Shown in pieces: positions 23,706 through 37,536 of a stretch of DNA of 64,000 nt. Position numbers and translations under genes: made by a program. This DNA comes from Felis catus. Taxonomy: Eukaryota. The stretch spans positions 135,100,001-135,164,000 of the forward strand of contig NC_058368.1 of the NCBI RefSeq assembly GCF_018350175.1, read 5' to 3'. The notes under the pieces are model-generated. The model had not been told where the DNA came from, ran no database searches, and was given only the letters and a program-made list of their open reading frames with translations. Within the stretch, counting starts at the first letter, position 1; each line of letters begins with the position of its first letter.

Positions 23706-26700
23706 ATAAAGTATTTCTTGAGTCTTGTTAAAACGGAAGTGGAAAAGGAAATAGAAATAAGCATTGTTATATAAATGGTAAACCCTAGAAATGTGTCAAG
23801 GAATTTAAAAAATAAATTGCCTAAAGCAGAGAAAGGAGGGGGAGGAGAAGGGAGAGAAGAAAAGAGAAGAGGCGGAAAGGGGGAGTGAAAGGGAGGGGAG
23901 AAGGGAGGAACAAGACACAGGAGAGAGGACAGAATTTTTAAAACGTTTCCAAGAAACAGGCATGCAATTATTCCGATGTTTATAGAAACATTGATTTTCT
24001 GTTAATGAGGGAAAAGGCCGATATGAAATGCCTTTAATGATTTCAAAATAAAACTACACAGACAGGCTAAAGTGACAATATCAGCAAGGTGTTCTTCAGA
24101 GGAAGGAACTCCATGAATTGAAAAGCCAGGCTGAACTTTTTTCTTCAAGGTGCCTCAGCGAACCCTGGTGAATTCGGTTGCCTTCCCTTCTTTGCTTTTC
24201 TCTGGCGCATTACTGAGGTGCAAGCAAGCAAGGTGCTGTCACGACCCCCAGCCAATAAGGGTGGGTTGGGAAGACACACCTGCTACTCTTCCTTTTATAG
24301 TTAGGAGCAAGCAATGCAAGTGAGGATTTATATCATGTCTGAAAATGCCCCAAAGGCAGCCACTGTCTATAGGATAACTGGTGTGGACAGCCCAGACTCA
24401 GATACAGATCCCACATGGAACCTATTGGAGGCAGCTGTCTTTATGGACTATAGGATAGTAATCGAGGTTAATTGCCACTGAAAGACACACACCGTGTGAT
24501 CTCTTTATGTCCGTTTAGTGAGACGGTTTCAGCATCGAGATCTTTTCCCAGGGGCACCACAGTGATTTGCTCTCACAGTTTATGTGCTCCTTACATTTAT
24601 GGGTTATGCACAAGCTAATGGGGCTAATTGTTACTGCTCCAGTGGAGGCCCCTTTAACATTTTCCCCTACCTCCTGCCTAAATGTCAAACCCATTGTCTA
24701 CTTGTGCTTTAGTGTTTCCACATTCTGTAGTCTTCACCTTTGAATTGCAGTTTGGAAGAAAAAAAAAGTTAGCACGAGTGGAGGTTGGCAGCCTTGACTG
24801 TTGCTCTCTGCTCAAGAGAGATTTTGTTTTTCGAGTCATAGAAAAAAAATGATTTAAGAAAAAGAATCCTCAGCACTCAGGCTCTGCCTTCTAGCTTCAA
24901 AGCCTTTTACAAGCTGCAATTCATTAAACGCAATAATCATTTGAGGCCAGTGGACCGACCTCTGCAGGGAGAGGGGCCAAGCCCTCCCACCCCACCCTCT
25001 TTCCCTTTGTGTTCCCAGCCACAGAGAGCAGGAGGGGGTGGAATAATTGTGCTCCCACCAGGCAGGCCGCCCGTGGCCCTCAGCCCGGGCCTGCTTTTCC
25101 TCCCTTCCTTGCCAGGGCTCCACGCTCCACTTAGCCATCGGGTACAGGCTCTTCTCTCCTCGGGGCGGCATTTGTCTGCTTTTCACAAAATAGTCTGCCC
25201 ACATTTTGATTTCCTTCAGACAAATGAAGAATTTCCTAGCCACAGCGCCCAACCAAGCCTAACATTCGCCCCATGGGACAGACTGCTCCCGCTTGGCCAC
25301 TCAAGGGCAGAGGACCAAGAGGTATCACACCCCACTGTCACCAAGAGAGAGCCAAGGTACCCCCACAGCCTGCAGGGCCCGTTGTGTCAACATGTGCCCT
25401 TTCCATCGCAGCCAGATCTGGCTAGCCCTTGGCAGTCTCCCGTCCACTATGACAAGGGTTGCCTCTACGGTGAGGGTGTAAGCCCGGCTGACTGTGGTTC
25501 TTTGTTTGGTATGGGGGTCACTGACACAAGAGGTATGTGGTCTACTGAGGTCCCTGGGTCATTCCACGGTTTGGAACACCTATTTCTTTTGCCTTCCGCT
25601 CTTCTACCTGTACCCTAACCAGATGGTTTCTTGGAGAGAGGGAACAATAATAAAGCACCCGCAAGGCCCAACGATGGCATATTACATTTCATAAGAAAAC
25701 ACCAAGTTGCTTTTTATAGTTCTTTCCCTCCAGTTGCCTTTGCTCTCCTCAATTCTGCCCACTCGTTTAAGGAGAGAAAAAAAAAAAAAGGATAATGCCC
25801 CCTTAAAACACTACATTAATGATGCCAGTGTGAGAAGGCAGGTTCGGTCCACTTTTAACAGCTCATCATTTCCTAACGGTACTGAAAACATTCATGCATT
25901 TCACCCACACAACAACCTTAAGAGCAGAAATTTGCGCCAGGGTCTCCACAGCCACATGTTCATGTGGATGAAAGATGAATAAACATATCCAAAGCCAGTC
26001 CTGACTGCCTCCTGCCCTTCTTCACCCTCTCTACCTCTCACCGCACCTGTCTGCTTTTTTCTCACCCCAACAGAAAAGTCCTGCGAAGACCATTCCTCAG
26101 GCATGCGTTTTCTCCAGGGCTCTCTCCTCTTGACCAGAGATTTATATGCTGCCCCACATGTAAGGTCCCACACCACTCCCAGCAACTCCATGAAGACTTT
26201 TCTATCCTGCTCCAGCCCAAATGAATCTCTTTTCTTTGAATTATGAAAATGTTCATTCTCACTGATGTTCAAAATTATAATTTTGAACTTGAAAGAGCCT
26301 TAAACTCCAACCCTCTCCATTTACGACACAGAAAATTGAGTCTCTGTGAGCTTAAGTGACTTTCCCTATGTCACAGTTAGTTTGCAGCAGGGCAAGATAA
26401 GAATTCGAGTCTCCGGACGACAACCTGCCTTACCACTTCCCCCTCAAAGATTGCCAGAGACAGGGATGCCTGGAGATCACCAAGGGCATCATGCATGGCA
26501 CATCTAATCTCTTCAACGCTTTCGGCAGAATTCATTTCATTCCATAGTGAATCATACCCTTGCCTCCAACTGCATTCATTCTTATAGCACTCAATACTGC
26601 CTTGCTCTGGACATCTCCAGCCAGTTCTGTCACGAGCTCTTGCTGTTCTCTTTTCACCCTTTCTCCCCAGTTCTGCACTTCCCTGCTCAGGTCACTAGCT

Positions 26701-26886
26701 GGGCCCCCTCTGGACACAGAGAACTCACATGTGTTTGCTAACACATTCAGAGTTAAAGACCATCACTTTATACTGATGTTAATTGGCACCAATATGACTG
26801 TGAAGACACATTAGACGATAGGACTTAGTTATAAGGAGGAAGTAGAGATGTCTCAGAATAGACTTGTATTGATCTTTTACTTTTTA

Positions 26887-27097
26887 GGGGTGCCTGGTGG
26901 CTTAGTCGGTTAAGCATCCGACTCTTGATTTGGGCTCAAGTCATGATCTCACGGTTCCTGGGATCAAGCCCCACGTTGGGCTCTGTGCTGACAACGGCAA
27001 GCTTGCTTGGGATTCTCTCTCCCTCTCTTTCTGCCCCACCTCTTGTGCTCTCTCTCTCTCTTTCTCTAAAAATAAATAAATCAACTTAAAAAAAAAA
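26887..27097 (+). mobile_element. Older Can-SINE (carries the 'actcttgattt' head variant)
   Basis: tRNA-derived head, CT tract, A tail; sits at the edge of an L1 3' fragment. Confidence 0.93.
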
Positions 27098-27640
27098 CTT
27101 TTAAACAATTTCAAACTTACGTAAAAGCTTCAACAGTGCAAAGAACTTTCTCCTTGAACTTTTTGAGAGTAAGTGGTTGACATGATGTGTCCTAACCCCC
27201 AAATACTCTAGCGTGTGACTCCTGCTAGAGAAGATATTTTCTTACATAACCACAATACAAACATCAAAACCCAGACATTCACACCGATACACTACTGGTG
27301 TCTCATTTGCAGACCCCATTGACGTTTTAGCAATTGTCCCAAAAAGGTTCTTTATGGCAAAAGCATCTAATCCAGGATCATACTTAGACTTAGTTGTCAT
27401 GACTTTCAATGCTCATCGATTTGGAGCAATTCCACAGTCTTTCCGTGACTTTTGTAACTTTAACTCTTTCAAACATGTTACAGGCCAATTATTCATAGAA
27501 AATGTCTCAATTTGGGTTTATTGGCCATTTCTTCATGATTACATTAGATTATGTTTTGGGGGAAGAAATATCACAAAATTGATGTTCTCATTATTATTAT
27601 ATTAAGGCAGTATCTTATCAGGTGGAATATCACTTGGTCC
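27098..27640 (-). mobile_element. Ancient L1 (L1MC-like) 3' UTR fragment
   Basis: 'aatttcaaacttacgtaaaagctt', 'tcttacataaccacaatacaa', 'aattgtcccaaaa' resemble reverse L1MC 3' end. Confidence 0.7.
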
Positions 27641-28472
27641 AATTAATAATAACATCTTACTAACAGCATAACACAACATTAGAATACAGAACACTTAAGG
27701 ACCTAGAACTTAAGGAAGTTCTAGAATTTACAGAAGCACAATAATAGGGAAAGATTTTAACAAAATCCTCCTTGTTTTTAATAGATCAAGGGGCAAAAAA
27801 GTAAGTAAGGAGAAAGAGAATTAGAGAAATACAATTGATACAGTTGTCTCATTTTATATATATTGACTTTTGGACCATATGAGCAGATAAATATTTTTCC
27901 CCATAATTGACATGCTTTGGGTCACAGAGAACACAGCACTAAGTCTACCAAATAAGGCATTTTATACTTTATTTTAATAACAAAAGTAGGAAACATTTAA
28001 ATCACTACTTGGTTATCCAAACATGCTTTTAAAAGTTACTCTTGAGACAGAGAAAATCCAAAACTATGATTAAAGAATACTGAGAGAATAATAATAATGA
28101 GAACATCATATTTTATAACCTGAAAATATAATCATATTTTATGAGGTCAGTGTAATCAGGAGCGTATCTGTAACATTAAATGCATTTTTAAAGAAATAAT
28201 GAAGTATACTACAAATTTACTGAAGACGTTATAAAGAAAGCCAAAATACCAAAATAAAGAGGAAGATGACCCATTAAAGAAGAAGCCAAAACTAATGAAG
28301 TGAAATTGAAAGAAAAGAAAAAACCTGATAAATAGAAGAGCTGGATAAACCTATGATCACTAAAGAGATTGGTATTGCTTCAGAATTGTACGTACAGGTC
28401 AGTGAAATTCTATAAAGTACCTAAAAACAGAGTTCATGTATAAGTATTTCCTATATCAACAATGTGGCATTT

Positions 28473-28687
28473 AAAAAAATTTTTTTAACCTTTATTTATT
28501 TTTGAGACAGAGAGAGACAGAGCATGAACGGGGGAAGGTCAGAGAGAGGGAGATACAGAATCTGAAACAGGCCCCCGGCTCTGAGCTGTCAGCAGAGAGC
28601 CCGATGCGGGGCCCAAACTCACGGACCATGAGATCATGACCTGAGCCGAAGTCGGACGCTTAACCGACTGAGCCACCCAGGCTCCCC
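28473..28687 (-). mobile_element. Feline Can-SINE with 15-bp TSD
   Basis: TSD aacaatgtggcattt at 28458-28472 and 28688-28702. Confidence 0.96.
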
Positions 28688-29523
28688 AACAATGTGGCAT
28701 TTTATATCAACAAAGGATGACTCTGTTACTCAATAAATGGAGTTGGGAAAATAATTTGGTAAATGGAATTAGATTTCCTACCTTATCCTATGGAGCCTTA
28801 AATTACAAAGAGATTAAGAAGTTACTTGTGACATTAAAAAATTATTTCTGAATACTAGGGGGAAAAATAAGTATTATATCCTACAGTGGAAATAATCTAC
28901 CTAAGTAGCATCCAGTATACAAAATAGCATCAAGACACTCTAAAGGTAAAAGATTAACACATTTGATTATATGACATTTAAATAATACGGTAAAATTAAC
29001 GGAAATGACAAATTAGCAAAGTATTTGTATCATATAAAACAAATAGAAAATATCCCAATATATAAATAGTTCTAATAGAGCAATTAAAAATAGGAACACC
29101 CCACTTATTGGTGATAATGTATCTACATATTTCATCAACAAATAAGTGAAAAAAACACCAAATCACACTAATAGGCAAAAAGGTTCAAATTCAAGTCATG
29201 AGATAGAACTTTATGCTTTTCAATTTGACAAAGATTAACGAAGATACAGTCTATCCAATGTTAGACTGTAAAAGATACATTTCATATACTATTGATACAA
29301 GTACAATTTAGAACATCTTACTGGTGAGAAATAATGTAGTATGTATAAAAAATTTAATGTGCATATTCCATTTCTAGAAATGTATTTTAAAGATATAATT
29401 ATGAAAGTGAGCAAAGACATGTTAAAATAAAGACAACCTACATGTCCAACAATAGGGGTTTGATTGAGTAAATTATGGTATATGAAAAAATGAAATAATA
29501 TTCAGTGATTAAAATCATTTTGC

Positions 29524-29741
29524 GGGGTACCTGGGTGGCCCAGTCGGTTAAGCGTCCGACTTCGGCTCAGGTCATGATCTGGTGGTTTGTGAGTTTGAGC
29601 CCCGCGACGGGCTCTGTGCTGACAGCTCAGAGCCTGGAGCCTGCTTCGGATTCTGTGTCTGGCTCTCTCTCTCTCTGCCCCTCCCCTGCTCACGCTCTCT
29701 CTCTGTCTCAAAAATAAATAAAACGTTAAAAAAATTTTTTT
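29524..29741 (+). mobile_element. Feline Can-SINE with 12-bp TSD
   Basis: TSD aaatcattttgc at 29512-29523 and 29742-29753. Confidence 0.96.
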
Positions 29742-32700
29742 AAATCATTTTGCAAAAAAATATGTAACACTGAGTGAAAATAGCAGGGTATAATAGAATA
29801 CGATTCCTCCTTTAGTTAAAAGTATGTATATATATAATATATAGTTTCTTTATGTATAAGGAAAAAAAACAGATCACTTTATACCAAAGTGTTAATATAT
29901 GAACAACAGTTATCCCTATTTGAATGATTTTTGTTTTTCTACTGGTGATTCTTGGGTTTCCCATGTTTGTCACAGTGAGAATGGATATTTTTATAAACAA
30001 GAAAAGAAAATCTGCTATTTAAAAAAAAGGTATTTGAGCCCTTTAATGACAGTTACTGAATGTTTTTTCCCCAAGATTGCTGGTAATGAGCTTGGCTCAG
30101 AGCAAAAGCCAGGTCTACTCAGGTTTCCTTCTCCTCGCCACCCCCTCTCCCCCCACCGCCCGTAACTGTCCATCTACCCTCCCTCCCATGCCCTGAATCC
30201 CCAGAGTGCTCCTCTGTACACAAACAGCTCCTTCTTTGAGCCCTTTCCTGGGTTCCTAATAAAGAAAGGGCTGGGAAGCCCCATCAGGCATTGGGCTTTT
30301 CACAGCAGCTCCCATCTTCTTCTCTAAACCCTTAGGCAGCTTACGATCCAGCAGACTCTCATCCCTGCATGACTCTCCTGAGTCCCAGCCAGCCCCAACA
30401 CAATGGGCACTTCACAGCTTCTATGGAAAGGAAGCCAAGCCAAGAGCCCAGCGTGGTCAGAACAAAGTGTCCGAGCTACAGAGCAAAGTGCAGCCTGTGG
30501 CGATTGCTGTCAGTATCTGTACGTCCAGGGCTCACAACAGAGCCCCGTGGAAGAGCAATGACTAACCAGAGCATCTGAGGCCAGCCTGGGATGATTTGCT
30601 CACAACAAGACAAGAGTCTTACTGCAATAATTGAGGTCAATTCTGCAGAACAAAGCTAAGAAGACATTGTCACTGTCCTCCTATGCACATGGCCTGGATG
30701 GACCTGGCTTCTCTGGATTTCTATAAGAAAAAGAGGGAGAGGACATGAACAGTAGGTAGAGTGGGTTCCAGGCTACAAAGCAGTGTGATTTTGGAGGCTT
30801 CCATTTGCCTCTCAGTCTCTCCCCAGCTAGCTTCTGTCAACTAAAATAATTTCTAGAAGCCTTAACACAGTCACTCCGTAAGAGTCCCTGTGGGTGGGTT
30901 TGCTGCCTTCTCCCCGGAGGGGAGAAACAGAAAGGTGGCCAGGTGTGCTCTGAAGGTATTTTCTAAGTGAACAGATCTAGGAGGAGACCCTGCATGATGA
31001 GGGGCCACTGCAGGGCTCCGAGACTAACAGGGAAGAGAGAAAAACAAAAAGAGAGAAGGTCTAAAGCAGGGTGAAGGGGTTCAGAGAAATAGTTTTCCTG
31101 ACTTTATGTCCTGGCCCAGCTCTGGGTTTGGGGTTTCTGCCTGTTCTCAGTGCTTGCCTTAGTGGGGTGGTACACAGGGAAATAGGAGCTTCTTGTTTGA
31201 TTTACATGTGAGCTGGGCTCAGGATAGGGTTATCCAGCTGAGTTCCATCGAATTCTTGCTCTGCATTGAAGGTAACAGTCATTATAAGTTTGGTTATTTG
31301 GAAGGGAAAATCCATATGGGTTTACTATTCTGATGGGTCCCTTCATTTTCACATGTTTAGATCCAAAGCTTTTGCTTCAGTGGCAGGCACTCAACTTTTC
31401 CATCCCCTTCATACTTATCAAAACTTACCTGTCCAACATCCTAGCTCTCTGACAGCTCCTTCTTCGGGGAGTGAAGGATGGAGAGTGACTGGTATAACAG
31501 AGAAGCCAACATTGAACATCACTAGGTGCCAGTAACGTATCCGCCCCCATACAGTGTAACGTGTTCCTGATTGCAGAAGTCATATTATTTTCACCTCATC
31601 TAGTAGGTTGAGGAAGGGACTTGGACCATAGTGTTGGGTGATGGGAACTCATTTCACCTATAGATACAGAGCCCCCCAAACAGATACAGAAGGCCCCCAA
31701 ACTAATTATAGCTCATGCCTATGCTCAAAGTCTCAAGGATCCCAGGCTGCTCCAGACGAGGCATACGAAGAGCCACAGCCACATCTACTCCATATGATTC
31801 CACAAAAAGCCCTTTTATTCTGTATTGTCAGCATCTGTTGCTTCAATGAACTCCTCCCATTGGTCTATGAAAAGCTTAGGAAACAGTGTTCCCTTTGAGG
31901 AAGCAATTTCAATAACTCATGATTCAGTAAAGAAGACTTCTCAGGAAACATCTCCTATCAATGGACTTCAAGAATGTACAAATGTCTTCCTTGTCCCTTG
32001 CATGTTGCTCTAAGTCGTAAGCAAAATAATCATAAACCAGACTTGCTATATTGTTGCCACTTAAACAGCATTTGGGATGATATATCCATTTTTTTAAAAG
32101 ATCAGAGAAGCTGGCTCTGTCTGTGCCTAGAATAGTAGCAGATCCTTGACATACGAGAAATTGGGAAATGGATGGAAACTGAGGAAAAAAGGACAGAGAA
32201 GACTCCAGAAGCTAGAGTCTCCCCACACTACTCTTCCATAAGAAGGTGGCTTTGTTTTTGCCTGTTTTCTCTTTTTCTTAGGAAAATGAGGAGGAGTTTC
32301 TCTTTTTATAAGTCATAGTTTTTTTTAGTGCTATCTCCATTAAAAAGTAAACAGAGGTGCCTACTAAATGACTCCACATCTACATTCTTCAGACTTTGGG
32401 CAATCAGGAGAGAGAAGAATTTTCCCTAACTCGCCACCTGCTTCAGCTGTTCCATCCCCTGTCCCCCTATCTTGAGAGCTTCCTTATTTAATTCAAGTCT
32501 TGTATTTGCTTTGGGCTTACAGTCAATACAATAGGTCTTCTCTGCATGACAGTCACTTTAGTCCACAGATAGCTCTGGTTCGGGGTTCTCCTTTCATGCA
32601 AATCATTTTTTAGATCATCTCATTTCTCCCATTTCTGTCGGAGGAGGAGTTGTTTAAAAAAAAAAAAATTCAGCTCAACGTCTTATGTCCAATTGCAGGG

Positions 32701-32769
32701 ATTCTCTTTAACCTAACCACTGGTGTAAGGATACGTATAAAGATACAACTGAATTGAGAGAATATAATC

Positions 32770-34087
32770 CTTATATTTATAATCAATTGATTTTTGACAA
32801 TGGTGTCAAGGAAATTCAACGGGGAAAGAATAGTCTTTTTAACACAAGGTGTTAGGAAAATTGGATATCTATATGCAAAAGGTGAACTCGGACCTCATGT
32901 TATACACAAAAGTTAGCTTAAGATGGATCAGACACCTAAATGCAAAGGTTGAAATACAAAACATTTAGAAGAAAACAGGAGAAAATCTTCGGTAACTTCA
33001 GTTAGCAAAGACTTCCTAGATACAACACTGAGAAAGGACATGACAAAAAGAAAAAAAATTGATAAATTGGATTTTATCAAAATTCAAAACTTTTGTGCCT
33101 CAAAAGACATTAAGAAAATGAAACTAAGCCACAGGATGGGAGAAAATATTTTTGCAAATTACATAACTGACAAAGGACTTGTATCCAGAATATACACACA
33201 CACACAAAAAACTTCTTACAACCCAATAATAAAAAGATGAACAACTCAATTAAAAATGGACCAAAGATATAAATAAACATCTTACCAAAAAAGATATCGA
33301 ATGCCTAATAAGCACACAAAAAGATTGTCCACATCATTAGTCACTAGAGAAATGCAAATCAAAATCACACACAGATATCATATTATACCCACCAGAATGG
33401 CTGTCAAAGACAGGTAACAGAATACATTGTCCAGGATGCAGAGAAATAGAAACCCTCACACAGTGCTGGTGAAAATGTAAAATGGTACAGGTGCTTTGGA
33501 AAAATGTTTGATAGTTTCTTAAAACTTAATCATAAATTTACCATAGGACCCAGCAATTCCAGACCTACATATCCACCCAAGAGAAAGGACAACATATGTC
33601 CATGCAAAGATGTGTACTCAAATGTTCATAGCAACATTATTCATAATTGCCTAAAAGTGAACAGAACCCCAATGTCCATAAATGGATGAATAGATAAATG
33701 AAAGGTGGTTTATACAAAAATGGAATGTTCTCAGCAATAAAAACAAGTGAAATATTGAAAATGCAACAACATGAATGAATTTCAAATACATGTTGAGTTA
33801 AAGACGCCAGAAACAAACAGATTACATATTGAATAATTCCATGTATGTGACATGTCCAGAAAAGGCAAATCTACAGAAATGGAAAGTAGATTAATGGTTG
33901 CTTGAGGCTGGGGTGAGAAACAGGATAAATTGTAAATGGATATGAGAAATCTTATAGGAGGGATGATGTTTTAAAATGATTATTGTGCTGTTAGATCACT
34001 TAATAAATCTACCCCCCAAAAATCACCAAATGGTACACTTAAAATGAGTGAATTTCATGATATGCAAACTTCACCTCCATAAAGTTA
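32770..34087 (+). mobile_element. 5'-truncated L1 (L1MB-like): ORF2 C-terminus plus 3' UTR, pseudogenised
   Basis: ORF 33040-33240 'KIDKLDFIKIQNFCASKD' is an L1 ORF2 C-terminal signature; ends 'gtacacttaaaatgagtgaatttcatgatatgcaaacttcacctccataaag'. Confidence 0.92.
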
Positions 34088-37059
34088 AGTCAGTCGCAAC
34101 CAAAGTAAACGCAATGAACGAAAATTGTAAAGATAAACTCTCAATCTCAATTTCAAATGTTTTCTAATCCTTATTAACACACACACACACACACAAAGGG
34201 AGGGAGAGAGAGAAAGAACAGTTCTCTAACTGCAAAAAAAAAAAAAAAGAGAGAGAGAGAATGTCTTTATGTCTTTTCTGGAAATGCAAGATGATCCATT
34301 AACAAAAAACAAATTCAAACTAACCTAGGCATAATCAAAGAGAATGCTAGTTATCTCCCACGCATTTTCTTTGTAAAAGATATATCTCAATAAGGATCAG
34401 TCCTGAATCTTGTATTCTTAAATTACATACTAGGGCAACCATCCATATTTTCCTCAAAGTTCTTTTCCAAACAAAAGGAAAAGCAGGAAGGAAAGAAATG
34501 GGGAAAAGGGATGAGAGGGAGTGAAAGAAAAACTAACAAACTAGAAGAAAGGACGGACTTCAAGCCAAACTCCAAGGTTGGACAAATCTCACAATGGTGA
34601 ACCAAATTCCCATAGCTCCAACTCATAGCGCCAGTTTTCAGGAAGAAGAACCCACTGCCACTCCTCTCCCTTAGTACACAGGCTCTCTGACACTATTCCT
34701 GAATGAATACAAACACGGAAGTTATACCCCAGGATTGCAAGCAAAAGCCCAGCTGCCCCCCTCCCTAGGTTGATTAGCCCTAGGAACCATCAAAGTGATC
34801 AAACGTTCTACCCTCTGGTGGCCAGGGCAATATGCAAACCACTACCTATTTATGGAAGCCCCCAGTCCTGAGGAGAATACACTCTGTCTTTTGCCATCAG
34901 TGTCCAAACCCAAAGTCAGATTATTGTTCATAGGGTCCTGTGATCTCTTTAACAATCCTGTTTTTTTTTCTTCCTTTTGAAAGGGTGCTGATCACTAGAC
35001 AATCAAGATTCATCTAAGGAAGTAATATGAATTGTGAGGTTTCAGAACATGTGTCTGCAGGATCAAACTGTAGCTGCTTCTCTCCAGGGTTAGCCCTGGG
35101 ATGATAACCAAGGTATATCTGCGATCAACTTCTTGTCAACTGGCAGCTGAACTGGCCCCTTGCAGTCAGGCAGGACCTGAAGAGGAATCACGCTGGGGAC
35201 ATGACATGGGTCTAATTCTCTTTTAAGACCTGGGACCTTTTTTTGGTAGGCTGGAGAGAAGGGTGTGAGAAATGAACCTCCTCCTGACAACAAAGAAGCA
35301 GTTCTGGTAACTGTTTATTTTACCCACAAAAGCTCTGCATGTCTATCAGACAAAAGGTGGTTTGTTCCTTTACAGATTCATTGATACTGTGGAATTGGCT
35401 GAGGTGGTTCCAAAAGGTGTTTGGCCAGTGCAAATGTATGAGCTTGGAGAAGGGCTTGCCAAATCCTGTTAAGGTTTATAGAAGTCAAGAAGCCATGGCA
35501 TTCCAGCTCTGGTCATATTTCTCAAGTTCGGCTTAAGTTTTGTGCTTGCAGTTGACTGGCTTTTTGTATTTTGATTTTCATTAACACAGAAGGCTTGCTG
35601 TTGGCAATAACGCCTTGGAACGTCCTTGCTGGAGCTTAACATTTCAGCACATTTCGCATTGCCTAATGATGGAGTTGTGGTTTGCCAGGAAGGGACTGTT
35701 AACGCTTTCCTCCTAGAACTGGGTAGAACTATCCCCATGCAAACCTCAGCTAGTTCAAACAGAGCTTCTGTAATGGCAAAGGGAGAGAAAAGCTGCTATA
35801 AATACTTTTATAGGCTGCATAGGTGATTTACAACCCGCTTTATTAATCCTATAAAAAAGGCACAGCTGAACGCCTTTAAGTTACATGCATACAGATGACT
35901 AATTAAATACACAGTTAAAAGTCTTGACCTAGCACAATTCTGACCATTAAAGAAATAAGTCTTGAATTCCCCCGCCCCCAGGCAAAAGTTTTGGGATGAA
36001 TTTGTGGGTGGAAGAAGAGTGGGAGGGAGCTGGAGGGGGAAGGTTGACACCATTGGTGATGGCAGGTGAGAGAGCTGAGGGGGAAATGGGGTTTCTGCTG
36101 GTTCATGTTTACCCACTCTTCACTACACTTACTAAAGACAACACAGGAGACTTAGGACTGCCCAACACTGCCAAAGGCTGCTTTCTCTGACTTCTGACAA
36201 TGACGAGGCCATGGTTAGGTTGACTGGGGATGAATTAAATTGCCTTTGGATATAGAAGAATAATAGAATCCTAACATTCATGTTGGGAGGGATCCTACTA
36301 GCAGCCTTTCTCACCCAACTGGTTTATTATCTCAGAACCTGGGATTCAGGGATGAGAACGACATTTTTCAGTGACAGGACTGATACATGGCAAAGCCAGG
36401 ATGAAGATCCAGAAGCCACCTTGAGAACATTAACTTTCCTGAGACGTTCAGGCTGTGTTGCCAGGAGACACAACATATTTTGATGGGGGGCAGGGGGTAG
36501 GGACTAGGGGATTAGTGGAAGGCAAGTCAGGTAGGATATAATTCCAAGACTCAAATGTTTGCCAAACCATTTATCAGAAACATAAAAGGCCCTTTCAGCT
36601 TTAAGGTTCTTGGAAGGGATTGGAAGAGGAGGGAGTGGCCTCTCCCATCAGAGGACAAGCCCCAACAATTCTCCCATCAGCTAAGTGGGGTTTTCTTTGT
36701 TGGTTGGTCCTCTCACAAAGTCAAGCTCTGAAAAAACATTTTCAGAAGCTTCTAAATCAGGCTGTGAAAGTGTTGTCTGAGAACACTAGGCCAATGGGTC
36801 AGGAAGATTGCATACCATGCCTGAGGGGCCGCTTAAGGCAGCCAATATTATTCCTCCTGCATTTAGCAGTGAGGTGACCCACCCAAGTCAAGGTCACCTC
36901 CACACCTGCATGCTGCCCACTTAGGGACTGCAGCTGAGAACTTTCCCACCCCACACACACATCTCTGCCTGCTTTGCTCTATTCCCTCATGACTCTGGGG
37001 CCATTTCCTCAGCTCCAAAATGGAAGACAAGCTTTCTTCCCTGTTTATACATGAAGCAC

Positions 37060-37370
37060 AGAGGCTTTTGCCTATGCCTAGAAATACTGTTCTCATTGCC
37101 CTCACTGTCTTTCATTTATCTTCCACCCTTTCCACTAGCGAATCCTTATCTATTATTCAGGTTTTAGGTCAGATGTCACTTCCAAGTCAGAGAAGTCCTT
37201 CTGGATCCTAAGAGTAGGATCTGCTCCCTCAACGGGCTATGCACACCCTTGTCTCATAATTGTCTAGGTTCAAGTTGGTTCCTGCTAGACTGTAGGCTCC
37301 GGGAAGGTCTGTAGTTATCGTATCTCTGGCATACAAGATGGTGCCTGGCATACAGAGGGATGCTCATACC
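37060..37370 (+). mobile_element. L2 LINE 3' fragment
   Basis: 'cagatgtcacttccaagtcagagaagtccttct...ctagactgtaggctccgggaagg...gtgcctggcatacagaggg'. Confidence 0.7.
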
Positions 37371-37536
37371 ACAAGCACTTGTTACATTTCCAAGTGATCC
37401 TCTTCCTCCTCCTCATTTCTCTGTGTCTTTCGTGTCTGAAAACAGTTTCATAGAATATAATTGTTTTCATTTCAAATTAAAAAAATTATTGTACTCTAGA
37501 TGCAGCAATATGGAAGAATATGATTGAATATGGAGA

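Larger units (their letters stand above)
27700..29990 (+). mobile_element. Highly decayed L1 ORF2/3' UTR fragments (L1ME-like), interrupted by two SINEs
   Basis: A-rich strand; 'tcaataaatggagttgggaaaa', 'acaacctacatgtccaacaataggggtttgattgagtaaattatggtata'. Confidence 0.65.

Noticed and set aside
24630..24655. CTCF-like motif (ctccagtggaggcccc)
   Set aside because: Mismatches at core positions of the CTCF consensus; too weak to call.
24941..25618. Longest ORF (225 aa)
   Set aside because: Starts at TTG, is Pro/Leu/Ser-rich with no recognisable domain or exon structure; consistent with a chance ORF in GC-richer DNA.
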